Of a DNA stretch of 56,975 nucleotides, positions 18,487 to 26,778 are shown in pieces (position 1 is the first letter of the stretch; every line of letters begins with the position of its first letter). Location: the IMG/VR virus record IMGVR_UViG_3300020152_000003, positions 1-56,975 of that record, one strand, 5' to 3'. A program made the translations under genes and the position numbers. This stretch comes from a virus. The notes below the pieces were generated by a model, which was given only the letters and a program-made list of their open reading frames with translations, was not told the DNA's origin and searched no databases.

Positions 18487-18584
18487 AGTTCGCTCACAGC
18501 CCAGAGCTTACCGCCCTTGGAAATGATCTTGGCCTGCCCCTTCACGATCAGGGACGCGATTAGCTTCAAGGTCTCAGGGCTCAT
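18483..18584 (-). CDS. Micro-protein (33 aa), first ORF of the late-side operon
   Basis: Sequence MSPETLKLIASLIVKGQAKIISKGGKLWAVSEL. Strong GAGGAG RBS 8 nt upstream. Confidence 0.45.
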   Translation of the reverse strand: MSPETLKLIASLIVKGQAKIISKGGKLWAVSEL

Positions 18585-18607
18585 ATCGCGATCTCCTCGA
18601 ATGGTCT

Positions 18608-18694
18608 CGGGGCACTCGCCATGTCGGGTCTCGGGCCACGTAGATCGGGCCGCCATGGAGGTGATGCAGACGCCTGGTTAGGCTGAGTGCCCCG
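18608..18694 (-). promoter_or_regulatory. 10-bp perfect inverted repeat enclosing 67 nt in the leader of the micro-ORF/late operon
   Basis: Plus-strand CGGGGCACTC (18608-18617) and GAGTGCCCCG (18685-18694), about 25 nt upstream of the ATG at 18584. Confidence 0.4.
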
Positions 18695-18895
18695 ATTTAG
18701 GTTCTGACTGTTCGGGTTATGACGTTGCCCGCATTTGCTTCCCAATTGGCGGGATCGTACCGAACGGCGCTGGCTTCACCACCATAGGCCGGGGAAACTT
18801 TCGGCCGGCAGTCAGAATTGGAAGCCGCAGGGCCGCGTTGGCGGGTTCCGGCTGTCCGGTGCCGTTCGCACCGCCCTGTGAGGCATTCGCCCCGT

Positions 18896-19579
18896 TTATG
18901 ATGCGAGAGCCCCGATCTTCGCCCGCCGCTTCGCCTCACGCTCCTGCAGCCTTCGCCTGTCGGCGTTCACTGCATCAAGGTGAGACTGAAAGTCCGCAAC
19001 CGCCGCCTCATCCTTGAGGAGGTGCGTGGACTTTTCGGTGCGGAAACCTGGGGTGAACTTGATGGGCTGCGCTGCGTTCGCGCCACGCTCCATCATGGCT
19101 GAAATCTGTACCGGCAACGGGGTTTCGTGTCCAATCCAGAATTGCGACGGCTCCCGCAAGAGTAGCCGGTCATTGTTGAAACGCCACGCAAGCTCCTGCC
19201 AGACGCGGTTCAAGCGGTTGTAGGCGGTCGACTTGACCCACCCGCGCTTCTTGCAGGTCTCCCCGAAATCGCGCTTGTAGGCGCGGCAGAACGCGAAGGC
19301 CCACACCAGCTGGCGGCGCTTTGGATCGGTGATGCGCTCAATCGTCCACGTCAGGCACTCCTGGTAACGAGAAAGCGCGTCTGCCTTGGCCGTTCCACGG
19401 CCCTGCCAAATTTCCATGTGGTCGTCGCGCGCTTGCTGATCCCAACCGGCGCGGTCTTCAGCGTCATAGAAGAACTCGGGCCAATAGCCGCGGGCCTCTG
19501 GCTTACGCAGCCCGGACAGGAATCGCTCGGTGCCAGCGGCTTCGACGAAACGGATTTTGACGATCTCTGGCGTCCACAT
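18896..19579 (-). CDS. Hypothetical protein (227 aa), candidate late-gene regulator by position
   Basis: Last gene of the early-right operon, followed by about 310 nt of non-coding sequence. Basic coiled C-terminus. No recognisable motif. Confidence 0.5.
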   Translation of the reverse strand: MWTPEIVKIRFVEAAGTERFLSGLRKPEARGYWPEFFYDAEDRAGWDQQARDDHMEIWQGRGTAKADALSRYQECLTWTIERITDPKRRQLVWAFAFCRAYKRDFGETCKKRGWVKSTAYNRLNRVWQELAWRFNNDRLLLREPSQFWIGHETPLPVQISAMMERGANAAQPIKFTPGFRTEKSTHLLKDEAAVADFQSHLDAVNADRRRLQEREAKRRAKIGALAS

Positions 19580-19589
19580 GCTTTGTCCC

Positions 19590-19754
19590 TCAACCCATGT
19601 TCACGAGTACATCAATGCCGCCGTATTCGCGGCACCTTTCGCAGAGCCGGTTGCAAGGTCCTTCAGAATCGAAGGTCTCCTTACACCTCAGGCATGGCCG
19701 CTTCACGGTAGCGCCGTCCCCCAGCGGTTTCATGTGCCGTCCCAACCGAGTCAT
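19590..19754 (-). CDS. Zn-ribbon micro-protein (54 aa)
   Basis: Sequence MTRLGRHMKPLGDGATVKRPCLRCKETFDSEGPCNRLCERCREYG..., with CxxC...CxxC. ATGA overlap. The 200-aa tracked ORF extension is Arg-rich shadow. Confidence 0.5.
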   Translation of the reverse strand: MTRLGRHMKPLGDGATVKRPCLRCKETFDSEGPCNRLCERCREYGGIDVLVNMG

Positions 19755-20158
19755 ATCAGTCTCTCCTGCTCCACCACCTGAAACCTCTTGCTCATCACCT
19801 CGAAAAGCATCGTGGCTATCGCTTGCCGGGGCTGAGCGGCCCGCCTGTTGGCCTTCGCGCGCTCGTGCATCTCGGCAAGGTCGATCTTGTCCATCGCATC
19901 CAGCCAGTCCCCTCCGAACCATGTGGGGTGCGCAAGCAGGATGTCCGACACGGCCCACACCACTGGCGCCACCAGCATGCGCTTGTTGTTGGTGGTCTCG
20001 ACAATCGAGATCAGAACCGAGCGCAGGTGTTCTGCACCGTGCTCCCGCCTGATCCTCTCCAGCGTGTTGCCGGCGCACGTCTCCATCACGTCTCGCTGCT
20101 TGGTGACGGGGACGATCGTGATCCCGAGCTCTGAGAGGATCGCGGGAAGGTCGGTCAC
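19751..20158 (-). CDS. Hypothetical replication-module protein (135 aa)
   Basis: GTG start in a GTGA overlap with the helicase stop. Confidence 0.55.
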   Translation of the reverse strand: MTDLPAILSELGITIVPVTKQRDVMETCAGNTLERIRREHGAEHLRSVLISIVETTNNKRMLVAPVVWAVSDILLAHPTWFGGDWLDAMDKIDLAEMHERAKANRRAAQPRQAIATMLFEVMSKRFQVVEQERLI

Positions 20159-21501
20159 TTGCCCTCCGAAAAACGCATTGTGGCCCCTTCAAAGTGCATC
20201 CGGCATTGCCGGAACGCCTTGCGCCGTCGGTGCTTCAGGGTGATGGCCTCGGCCAGTCCACGGCAGGCGTTCAGCTCGGTCTCCCACCGCGCCTTGGCTT
20301 CCTCGCCGCCGCGGTGATCCGGCCGGTTCATCTGCATGAAGTTTTCCTTGCGCCAGAGGCCGATGATCCAGTCCGCATCGCGTTCGATGCTGGGAATATC
20401 AGCGTCCAGCACATGCGGCGTCGGATCGTCCCGGCGCTGTGCCGAGCGCGTGCGCTGTGCCAGCGTAATGCAGGGGATGCCAAGACCCTTGCTCATGCGC
20501 TTGAGATCCCGGGTGACCTCCTTGTAGGCTTCGAAGCGGTCCCGGTACTTGCCCTCAGGCTTCAGCTTGTCGAGCTGGTCGATGATGACGAGACCGAGCC
20601 CGCCGTTGCGCTGCATGGAAAGGCACTGAGCCCTCACCTGACGAACGGTCGCCTCCTCCATGTCGAGGACGTAGAACGGGACGGTGTTGAGCGAGCGCTG
20701 GGCCGCCACCAGGCTATCGAACTGGTAGGCATCCATGGCGCCCTCGTTGATCTGAGCGACGGAGATTCCAGAGAGCTTTGCGAGCTCGCGCGCCCCCATC
20801 TGCTCGGCCGCCATCTCCATCTGGATAAAAAGAACCGGGACACCATGCGTTGCCGCGTGCATGCCGATCTGTGCCGACAGCGCCGACTTGCCGTCCGCTT
20901 GGCTGGCGATGATGAAACCGAGATCGCCGGGGAGCAGCACGCCAAGGATTTCGTCGAGGCTCGATATGCCCGACATGATCCCCTCGGGTGCATCCGCCAT
21001 CTGTGCGTTGTTGGCCTGCTGCGTGACCTTCTCTGCAATCTCTCCGATGGCGCGCGGCCTCTGTGTCGTGGCAGCGGTCAAAATGGCATTGAGCCTCAAC
21101 CCGGCTTCCGCCGAAACATCCTCCGCCGTCTTGTCGGTCTTGCGGGTTTCCTTCTTGAGCCAGTCCGATAGCGCGTCGAGCTTGCGCATAGCGGAGCGCT
21201 CGGCAAGGAACGGCGCGTAATCCGTCGCACTCCCCGCCTCCAATGCGCTCTCTTTGAGAGCCATCAGGATGGCGATGGTCGGCCCGGCTTCCGGATACTC
21301 CTCGGGCAGGTTGGCTTGCAGCGCTGTGATGGACACGGTTCCCCGTGCCGCAAGTTTGATCACCGCGTTGTAGATGTCGCGGTGATAGGCCAGCGTGAGG
21401 CAGTCGGGGGTAACCGACTCATGGACTTGCCAGACGTCGTGCGGCGAGCGCAGCAACGCGCCTACAAAATTGCGTTCGTTTGCGAGGGAGTCATGGATCA
21501 T
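20155..21501 (-). CDS. Replicative DNA helicase, DnaB family (448 aa)
   Basis: Walker A FIIASQADGKSAL, Walker B LGLVIIDQLDKL, and a DnaB-like N-terminal domain. Confidence 0.8.
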   Translation of the reverse strand: MIHDSLANERNFVGALLRSPHDVWQVHESVTPDCLTLAYHRDIYNAVIKLAARGTVSITALQANLPEEYPEAGPTIAILMALKESALEAGSATDYAPFLAERSAMRKLDALSDWLKKETRKTDKTAEDVSAEAGLRLNAILTAATTQRPRAIGEIAEKVTQQANNAQMADAPEGIMSGISSLDEILGVLLPGDLGFIIASQADGKSALSAQIGMHAATHGVPVLFIQMEMAAEQMGARELAKLSGISVAQINEGAMDAYQFDSLVAAQRSLNTVPFYVLDMEEATVRQVRAQCLSMQRNGGLGLVIIDQLDKLKPEGKYRDRFEAYKEVTRDLKRMSKGLGIPCITLAQRTRSAQRRDDPTPHVLDADIPSIERDADWIIGLWRKENFMQMNRPDHRGGEEAKARWETELNACRGLAEAITLKHRRRKAFRQCRMHFEGATMRFSEGK

Positions 21502-21953
21502 GCGCCGCGAAACCCAGCCAACGCTTCTTGCAGTTCCAAATAGAACTCGTGGTAGCGGATCATCCGGACGATGTCCTTGGACGTAACGCCTTTGAGCCGG
21601 CGGATGTCGCTGTTGTGGCGAAGGTCTTCGATCTTGACGCGGATCGCATCAACGTTCGATTTGACCTTCTTGCGATATCCTTCCTCGGTCTCGCCGATGT
21701 CTTTCGTGAGACGCAAAATGCCGACCACAACCCTATCGCTAAAGCCTAGACGGTCTAGATCGCCGGGGGTCGTGATCGTGTCCTCAATCAGGTCATGCCC
21801 AACCGCTATGCATTGAAGTTCCTCATCGTCCGTCCGGAGCCGATGCATGACCGTGAGCGGGTGAAGGATGTACGGCCTGCCACCCTTGTCGAATTGGCCG
21901 GCGTGACGCTCGGTCGCCAGCGAGATCATCTTCGAAAGCATTTCGCCTTTCAT
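21498..21953 (-). CDS. Small alarmone hydrolase: SpoT/RelA-type HD-domain (p)ppGpp hydrolase (151 aa)
   Basis: Motifs ERHAGQFDKGGRPYILHPLTV, AVGHDLIEDT, LTK and VKIEDLRHN. Start at ATG 21953 (TGATG overlap with the primase stop). Confidence 0.75.
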   Translation of the reverse strand: MKGEMLSKMISLATERHAGQFDKGGRPYILHPLTVMHRLRTDDEELQCIAVGHDLIEDTITTPGDLDRLGFSDRVVVGILRLTKDIGETEEGYRKKVKSNVDAIRVKIEDLRHNSDIRRLKGVTSKDIVRMIRYHEFYLELQEALAGFRGA

Positions 21954-22993
21954 CACGCCACCTCCCTCTGCATCTCGAGCCACAGGTCATTGAAGTCGCG
22001 CCCCGCCGGCGGATAAGCCGCAATCGCGCAAGCAACTCCCTCCTCTAGCAGCCGGCCACGCAATGCCTCGGCCGCCTTCCGTCCCGCCGGAATGGCTGGC
22101 ACATACTCGTCCCCCTGCTTCTTGATCGGGGCGTCCCCGTCGGGAGCGATCACGACTTGCTCGACACCAAGAGGGGTTTCGAAGCCGATAAGCCCGCTCG
22201 TGCTCAATGCCGCCCAGCACGGTTGCTTGCGCCCCATCAGGCACCAATAGCCGAGAGCAGACTCGACGCCTTCCCCGATCGAAATCTTGCCGGACAGCCC
22301 GCCGATGCGGACGGCGCCGCCTCCGGCCGGACCAAGCCCCAGCTTCGCGTTCGGAACGTCCGCCTTGCGCCCGTCCTCGCGCAAATAGATGCGCCAGATG
22401 GCGGTGAACTCGCCCATCATGTCGTCAACCCGGCAGATCAGGGCCGGATAGCGCTTCTCCTTGCCGGGGTATGGCAGCGAGGGATGGAAGCGAAAGACCG
22501 GCTCCACCACCCCGATGAACCCGCGCTTGACCAGATAGGTATCCGCAAGCGTGCCCTGGATCGGCTTGGACGCATCCCAGATGCGCCGCGCTGCGTCTCG
22601 CGTGTTCTCTTCCTGCTGCATTTGCCGCGCCTCCCGGGCTCTCTGAGTGGCTTCCATTTCAAGCCGCCGTCTGTTGCGTTCTGCTTTCTCCGCCTCGCTC
22701 ATGGGCCGCGCTGGGCCGCTGGGGCATGGTCCAGCAAGCTGCTCTGCGGCTGCCTTCCAAGGCAGGTTGCCGATGTGGGACGCCAGCGCGATGGAGGAGC
22801 GCCCGCCAGCACCGCCGCGGCATACCCACTTCGCTTTTGAGGGGTTGATGGAGAATCTATCCCTGCCGCCGCAGTACGGGCACGGCCCGGTCCACTCGGT
22901 GCCGTTTCGCTTCAACTTGGCGCCGAACATTTGCGCCACGGTGAGCAGCGGAGATGCTTCGGCCCGCTCTTTCCAGTCCTCGTATGGCGTCAT
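21953..22993 (-). CDS. DNA primase: Zn-binding N-terminus plus Toprim domain (346 aa)
   Basis: Motifs CPYCGGRDRFSI and VVIAPDGD. The start MTPYEDW at 22993 forms an ATGA overlap. The tracked 135-codon N-terminal extension was rejected. Confidence 0.7.
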   Translation of the reverse strand: MTPYEDWKERAEASPLLTVAQMFGAKLKRNGTEWTGPCPYCGGRDRFSINPSKAKWVCRGGAGGRSSIALASHIGNLPWKAAAEQLAGPCPSGPARPMSEAEKAERNRRRLEMEATQRAREARQMQQEENTRDAARRIWDASKPIQGTLADTYLVKRGFIGVVEPVFRFHPSLPYPGKEKRYPALICRVDDMMGEFTAIWRIYLREDGRKADVPNAKLGLGPAGGGAVRIGGLSGKISIGEGVESALGYWCLMGRKQPCWAALSTSGLIGFETPLGVEQVVIAPDGDAPIKKQGDEYVPAIPAGRKAAEALRGRLLEEGVACAIAAYPPAGRDFNDLWLEMQREVA

Positions 22994-23520
22994 GCGACCT
23001 CCTGCGTAAACAGATCGCGCTTGCTCAGCTCGCCGTTCAGCGCCCAAGCCACACCGAGCGCTTCCGCGGCGTCCTTTGATTTCAGGTTGGGATAGATGCG
23101 GCGGGCGAGCGCCAGAGTGTCCTCCTTGCTCGCCCTGCCGTTGCCTGTGAACGCCTTGCGCCATGTCGACTGATGCAACTCCCGGCATTCGATGTTGAGA
23201 GCGTTGCAAATCTGCACGGCATGCCCACGCAGCCCATACAGGCGCAGATAGGTCTTCATGGTCACTGGATTGCGGAGTTGGCCAGGCTTGGCGTTCGGCC
23301 GCTTGTCTGGAGCCTTGATGTCGGTCACCAGCGGCGCTTCGATTGCCGCCACCTCGACTTGATGCGAGATCAGGATCGCTCGGAACCATGCCCGCCAACT
23401 GGTGAAAATCGACGCGTCATCCTCGCCCTTGGCGCGGAAGGCTTCGATATGCACGACGTCGCTGCCGTTGAGGATGCAACAGCCCGTAGTCGTCGCGATG
23501 TCGAAGCCTGCCACGATCAC
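22990..23520 (-). CDS. RuvC-like Holliday junction resolvase (176 aa)
   Basis: Motifs VAGFDIATTTG, AIEAP and KDAAEALGVAW, matching the RuvC acidic residues. Confidence 0.7.
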   Translation of the reverse strand: MIVAGFDIATTTGCCILNGSDVVHIEAFRAKGEDDASIFTSWRAWFRAILISHQVEVAAIEAPLVTDIKAPDKRPNAKPGQLRNPVTMKTYLRLYGLRGHAVQICNALNIECRELHQSTWRKAFTGNGRASKEDTLALARRIYPNLKSKDAAEALGVAWALNGELSKRDLFTQEVA

Positions 23521-23613
23521 CGCCCGCCTCCCGTCGACAGCAGCTCGCGCGTCCCAGCCACAACGATCCCTGCCAACTGCTCGCGGCTGATCTGAACGCG
23601 CATGAACTGCCCC

Positions 23614-24015
23614 TCAATCTGCAAGTTCAGCAACAGCACCGCCGGCTCCGGAATTGTCAGGTACGCGAGGCTGGCCCGTTTCGGCTCCGGCACTCCCTTC
23701 GGCCTGCGCGATGATGTCCAGAAGCTGGCCAATAGGGCCCGACGGAGTGCCATCAGCATTTCGCGTGATCGCCTTCTGCATGGTTGCGATGGGGGTGCCG
23801 TGCTGTAGCGCGAGGCTGAGCAGCACCGCAGAGTCGCGAGCAAGCGTCTGAGCCTGCTCGCCGCTCTTGCCTGAGTTCAGGAAGATTTCAGTGATCGGCG
23901 CGTCTTCCGTCGCGCGGCCGAGCCCGACGATGTAGGACAGGCCCCAATGGCGAAACTTGAAGACCTCATGGGCGCGGCGGTTGGGGAGGCTTGCACGTGT
24001 CATGTCATTCCTCAT
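23614..24015 (-). CDS. Hypothetical protein (133 aa)
   Basis: ORF. The segment EIFLNSGKSGEQAQTLARDSAVLLSLALQHGTP loosely resembles a C-terminal segment of class II ribonucleotide reductases (recollection only). Confidence 0.45.
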   Translation of the reverse strand: MRNDMTRASLPNRRAHEVFKFRHWGLSYIVGLGRATEDAPITEIFLNSGKSGEQAQTLARDSAVLLSLALQHGTPIATMQKAITRNADGTPSGPIGQLLDIIAQAEGSAGAETGQPRVPDNSGAGGAVAELAD

Positions 24016-24365
24016 TGCATCAACTCGCGGACCTTGGCCTTGTGCTCGCTCTTGAGCATCCAGCCTTGCCCATAGACGGCTTCGACATTGATGCCGGTCC
24101 CTTCCAAGCGTCGTCTAAGCAGCACGATATGCTTGCGTAGGTTCGCCTCGCTCCAAGGCTGATCGGCTTCTGGTCGGTCGCCGTAGAGGACGAAGTGCAT
24201 GGCATCCCATGAGACAATTTCGCGCTTCACCAGGATGCCGAGCATCTTGGCTTGGCACTTCGTCAAACCGAGCTTCAGCCGGATTTTGAGTGTGGTATCT
24301 GGACTGATGCCAAGCATCTCTTCCAACTGCTCGACACGATCCCGAAGGCGTTGCACTTCGCTCAT
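24012..24365 (-). CDS. Winged-helix transcriptional regulator (OmpR/PhoB C-terminal type, 117 aa)
   Basis: The motif LTKCQAKMLGILVKR...VSWDAM...LRKHIVLLRRRLEGTGINVEAVYGQGWML fits the Trans_reg_C pattern. Confidence 0.6.
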   Translation of the reverse strand: MSEVQRLRDRVEQLEEMLGISPDTTLKIRLKLGLTKCQAKMLGILVKREIVSWDAMHFVLYGDRPEADQPWSEANLRKHIVLLRRRLEGTGINVEAVYGQGWMLKSEHKAKVRELMQ

Positions 24366-24514
24366 GCTGCCTCCAATCCATCCCGGATCAACTGCCTCGC
24401 CGCCAGATCCCGCGTGATGCCTTCCGCTTTGGCGTAGGCGTCCAGCATGTCGGCGACCTCAGCGGATAGCGTTACCGTTCGCTTTTTGTCCTCTGGCAAA
24501 TTTTTTTCGATCAC
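24362..24514 (-). CDS. Ribbon-helix-helix (CopG/Arc-type) protein (50 aa)
   Basis: Hand-translated as (M)IEKNLPEDKKRTVTLSAEVADMLDAYAKAEGITRDLAARQLIRDGLEAA. GTGA and ATGA overlaps. Confidence 0.55.
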   Translation of the reverse strand: MIEKNLPEDKKRTVTLSAEVADMLDAYAKAEGITRDLAARQLIRDGLEAA

Positions 24515-24777
24515 GCGCGCGCCCTCCGCAGAGCCATTTCCTGCCCTGTCCTGTTCGGTGTGACGTGATCAGGAGACACTGTGCAGATGCGGTTGCCGTC
24601 GATTTCAAACCGGAGACCTTCCGCGCGCACGCAGACCGCTCCGAATGCCGCGGCATCCCCGCAGATAGAAAGGATGTGCTCGCGCACAAGCTCGACATTC
24701 AAGCCCATCGCGCGCTCGAGATACCTAACCACGGCATGGTCGGTGACAACCACAGGGACCTTCGATGATTGGATCAT
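24511..24777 (-). CDS. Hypothetical protein (88 aa)
   Basis: The start MIQSSKVPVVV at 24777 forms an ATGA overlap. Confidence 0.5.
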   Translation of the reverse strand: MIQSSKVPVVVTDHAVVRYLERAMGLNVELVREHILSICGDAAAFGAVCVRAEGLRFEIDGNRICTVSPDHVTPNRTGQEMALRRARA

Positions 24778-25202
24778 GCCGCCTCCCTCATGGAATTGCA
24801 GGACTCCAACTTCCCGCGCTCGATGAGCCATTCCCGCACGATGGTGTACGGATGCACCCCCTTGGCTTCTGCCGCCCTTGTGATGGCGGCGCGCGTGTCC
24901 TCAGGAACCGCCTCGATAAGTTTGGCAGTCCTTACCCGATTCAATTTGCGCAATACTGTCTTTTCCGAGAAATATTGGCAGATCGTCGTGTGGTCACGTC
25001 TAAGGATTTTCCCGATCCTGCGCGTGTTGAAGCCGGCATGTCGCAGACGATGCGCGGCATCGCGGCGCGCTTCCATCAAGCCGCCGTAGCGACGGCTGCC
25101 GAGCAATTCCTCGCGCGTGATATCGTAGTCGTCCAGGATCTGGCTGATGATGCGCTTGCGCGCCTCGACCATCTTCGGATCCTTGATCTCTGGAGGCGTC
25201 AT
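24774..25202 (-). CDS. DnaA domain-IV-like HTH protein (142 aa)
   Basis: The segment RRYGGLMEARRDAAHRLRHAGFNTRRIGKILRRDHTTICQY matches the Bac_DnaA_C pattern. ATGA overlap at the start. Confidence 0.55.
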   Translation of the reverse strand: MTPPEIKDPKMVEARKRIISQILDDYDITREELLGSRRYGGLMEARRDAAHRLRHAGFNTRRIGKILRRDHTTICQYFSEKTVLRKLNRVRTAKLIEAVPEDTRAAITRAAEAKGVHPYTIVREWLIERGKLESCNSMREAA

Positions 25203-25447
25203 GCCACCACCTCCCCGACGGCGACCGCCCTGGCCCATCTCGGGTCAGACGCCGACCTGGTCGACGTCTTGGTGCCGTTGTTCTTGTGTCGGTGCAGACC
25301 CATCGATGCGGCAAGGTTAGCGGCATACTTTGGTGACACGCCGAGGCCCACGCAGATCTCTTCAACGGCCTTCTGGCCACCAGCCAGATACAATTGAACA
25401 AGCGCGCTGCGCCGGTCCTCCGGAATCTTGAAGCAGCTCTTGTTCAT
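25199..25447 (-). CDS. Hypothetical protein (82 aa)
   Basis: ORF coupled on both sides by 4-nt overlaps. Confidence 0.5.
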   Translation of the reverse strand: MNKSCFKIPEDRRSALVQLYLAGGQKAVEEICVGLGVSPKYAANLAASMGLHRHKNNGTKTSTRSASDPRWARAVAVGEVVA

Positions 25448-25926
25448 CGCCTGCCCATCCTGTCGTCGTGGGCCTGATAGACGAACGCGCGATGGTGGTT
25501 GCAGTAGCTGCCGCGCTGGACGGTGTGGCCGCAGTAGAGTGGTTCGGCCGCATCCTCATTGGCGATAAAGCGGCAGTGGTGTGCTTCCAGCGCATCAAGC
25601 CCCACGATGCCGACGATCTGGAAATTCGCATCCACGGGCTCCGCAGCGCGATTAAGCGGCTTGCCAGCGCGGGCCTTGTTGCTGATGGCGACTTGCTTCA
25701 ACCGATAGCCTGGGGGGACCACAACAGCGCCCGCCTTTTTGAGCCGGTTGATCCTGCTGGATACGGCAGAGCGGTTCTTCCCCATCTCAGCCGCGATGGC
25801 GCCCCAGCTCTTCTCAGCTTCAATTGCCTGAATCAGCTCCCGGTCGCGCTCAGGCGTCCAAAAGGAGTTCTTGAGAGACCTGACGTGGACTGGTGGACTA
25901 AGGCCCACAGCAACTTGCTGCGTCAT
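25444..25926 (-). CDS. GcrA-like cell-cycle regulator homologue (160 aa)
   Basis: N-terminal WTPERDRELIQAIEAEKSWGAIAAEMGKNRSAVSSRINRLK and C-terminal HCRFI...YCGHTVQRGSYCNHHRAFVYQ, as in GcrA. Confidence 0.65.
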   Translation of the reverse strand: MTQQVAVGLSPPVHVRSLKNSFWTPERDRELIQAIEAEKSWGAIAAEMGKNRSAVSSRINRLKKAGAVVVPPGYRLKQVAISNKARAGKPLNRAAEPVDANFQIVGIVGLDALEAHHCRFIANEDAAEPLYCGHTVQRGSYCNHHRAFVYQAHDDRMGRR

Positions 25927-26165
25927 GATGCACGCTCCTTTGCTTTGCGGTTGTCCCAAATGCCTGACGCCTCATCGGCCCCGGAAAGAAACTGGCTATT
26001 GTCGTTGAATGGGCGGAAGCGGTCGACGAACCAGCAAGACCGGCCGGTCTCAACAAGGCGGAAGTAGTCGCCATCCTGATCGGAGATGATCTCGCAGACC
26101 TCGTAGACGGCGCCCTTGGCGAGCTTGCCGCCGGTCACGGTGGCGTCCTCGCAAACTACGAGCAT
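25923..26165 (-). CDS. Hypothetical protein (80 aa)
   Basis: ORF with an ATGA overlap downstream. Confidence 0.5.
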   Translation of the reverse strand: MLVVCEDATVTGGKLAKGAVYEVCEIISDQDGDYFRLVETGRSCWFVDRFRPFNDNSQFLSGADEASGIWDNRKAKERAS

Positions 26166-26361
26166 TCGCCGTCCTCCCCGCGCTTCCGGATCTCAGCAAA
26201 TGAGCGCCCCGTGCTCAGCCATTCGGCGACGTCATTCCAGAACGTCGCACGCGCCGTATGCCACTCAGCGAGCCGCAATGCGGCCCGCACCAAGAGAATT
26301 TTCACGATATGTCCTGCCCGACAGAACGGCCGATTGCGCGCGGCCTCGCGACTTGGTGATG

Positions 26362-26778
26362 CTACTGGTCGAAAAGGTTGATCTGGTCCTGCAGCGCCCG
26401 AAGCTCTGCGGTGCGCTTCATTTCACGCGCGACGGCGCGCTTGGATTCGCGGAGCCCTTGGGCGAGCTGGGCGTTCACCCACCACGCGGGTCGCGCGTCT
26501 CCCATGATAGCCGAAAGAATTTCGTATCCGGCGTCGGTCTTGAGCAGCGCGGCCACGTTCTCCAGTGACATGCGCGTTTCGCCGGCAATCCAGAACTGAA
26601 CTGATCGCTCGGAAACTCCGGTGACGTAGGCCACATGAGCGGCAGTCTTCCGCGGCCAAGCACGCTTAATGATCTCAACGATTTGGCCGCAAAAATCTGA
26701 AGTGGTCTTCGTTTTTGTGAAGGCCTCCTCACCCCCCATTTTTGCGTTTTTCCTGGTTGTGATGCTGAATGTGCTCAT
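26362..26778 (-). CDS. HTH regulatory protein (cII-position, 138 aa)
   Basis: Start MSTFSITTRK at 26778. HTH-like segment AAHVAYVTGVSERSVQFWIAG. The tracked upstream extension is Ser/Arg junk. Confidence 0.5.
   Translation of the reverse strand: MSTFSITTRKNAKMGGEEAFTKTKTTSDFCGQIVEIIKRAWPRKTAAHVAYVTGVSERSVQFWIAGETRMSLENVAALLKTDAGYEILSAIMGDARPAWWVNAQLAQGLRESKRAVAREMKRTAELRALQDQINLFDQ

Noticed and set aside
19590-20192. 200-aa Arg-rich ORF
   Set aside because: It is the shadow frame of the real 135-aa gene (19751-20158). Only its last 54 codons, a CxxC Zn-ribbon with an ATGA-coupled start, look genuine.
21953-23398. Full 481-aa tracked ORF as the primase
   Set aside because: The first 135 codons are Arg/Gly/Ser/Gln-rich junk that fully overlaps the RuvC-like gene in another frame. 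The internal ATG at 22993 gives an ATGA overlap and starts just before the Zn-binding motif.
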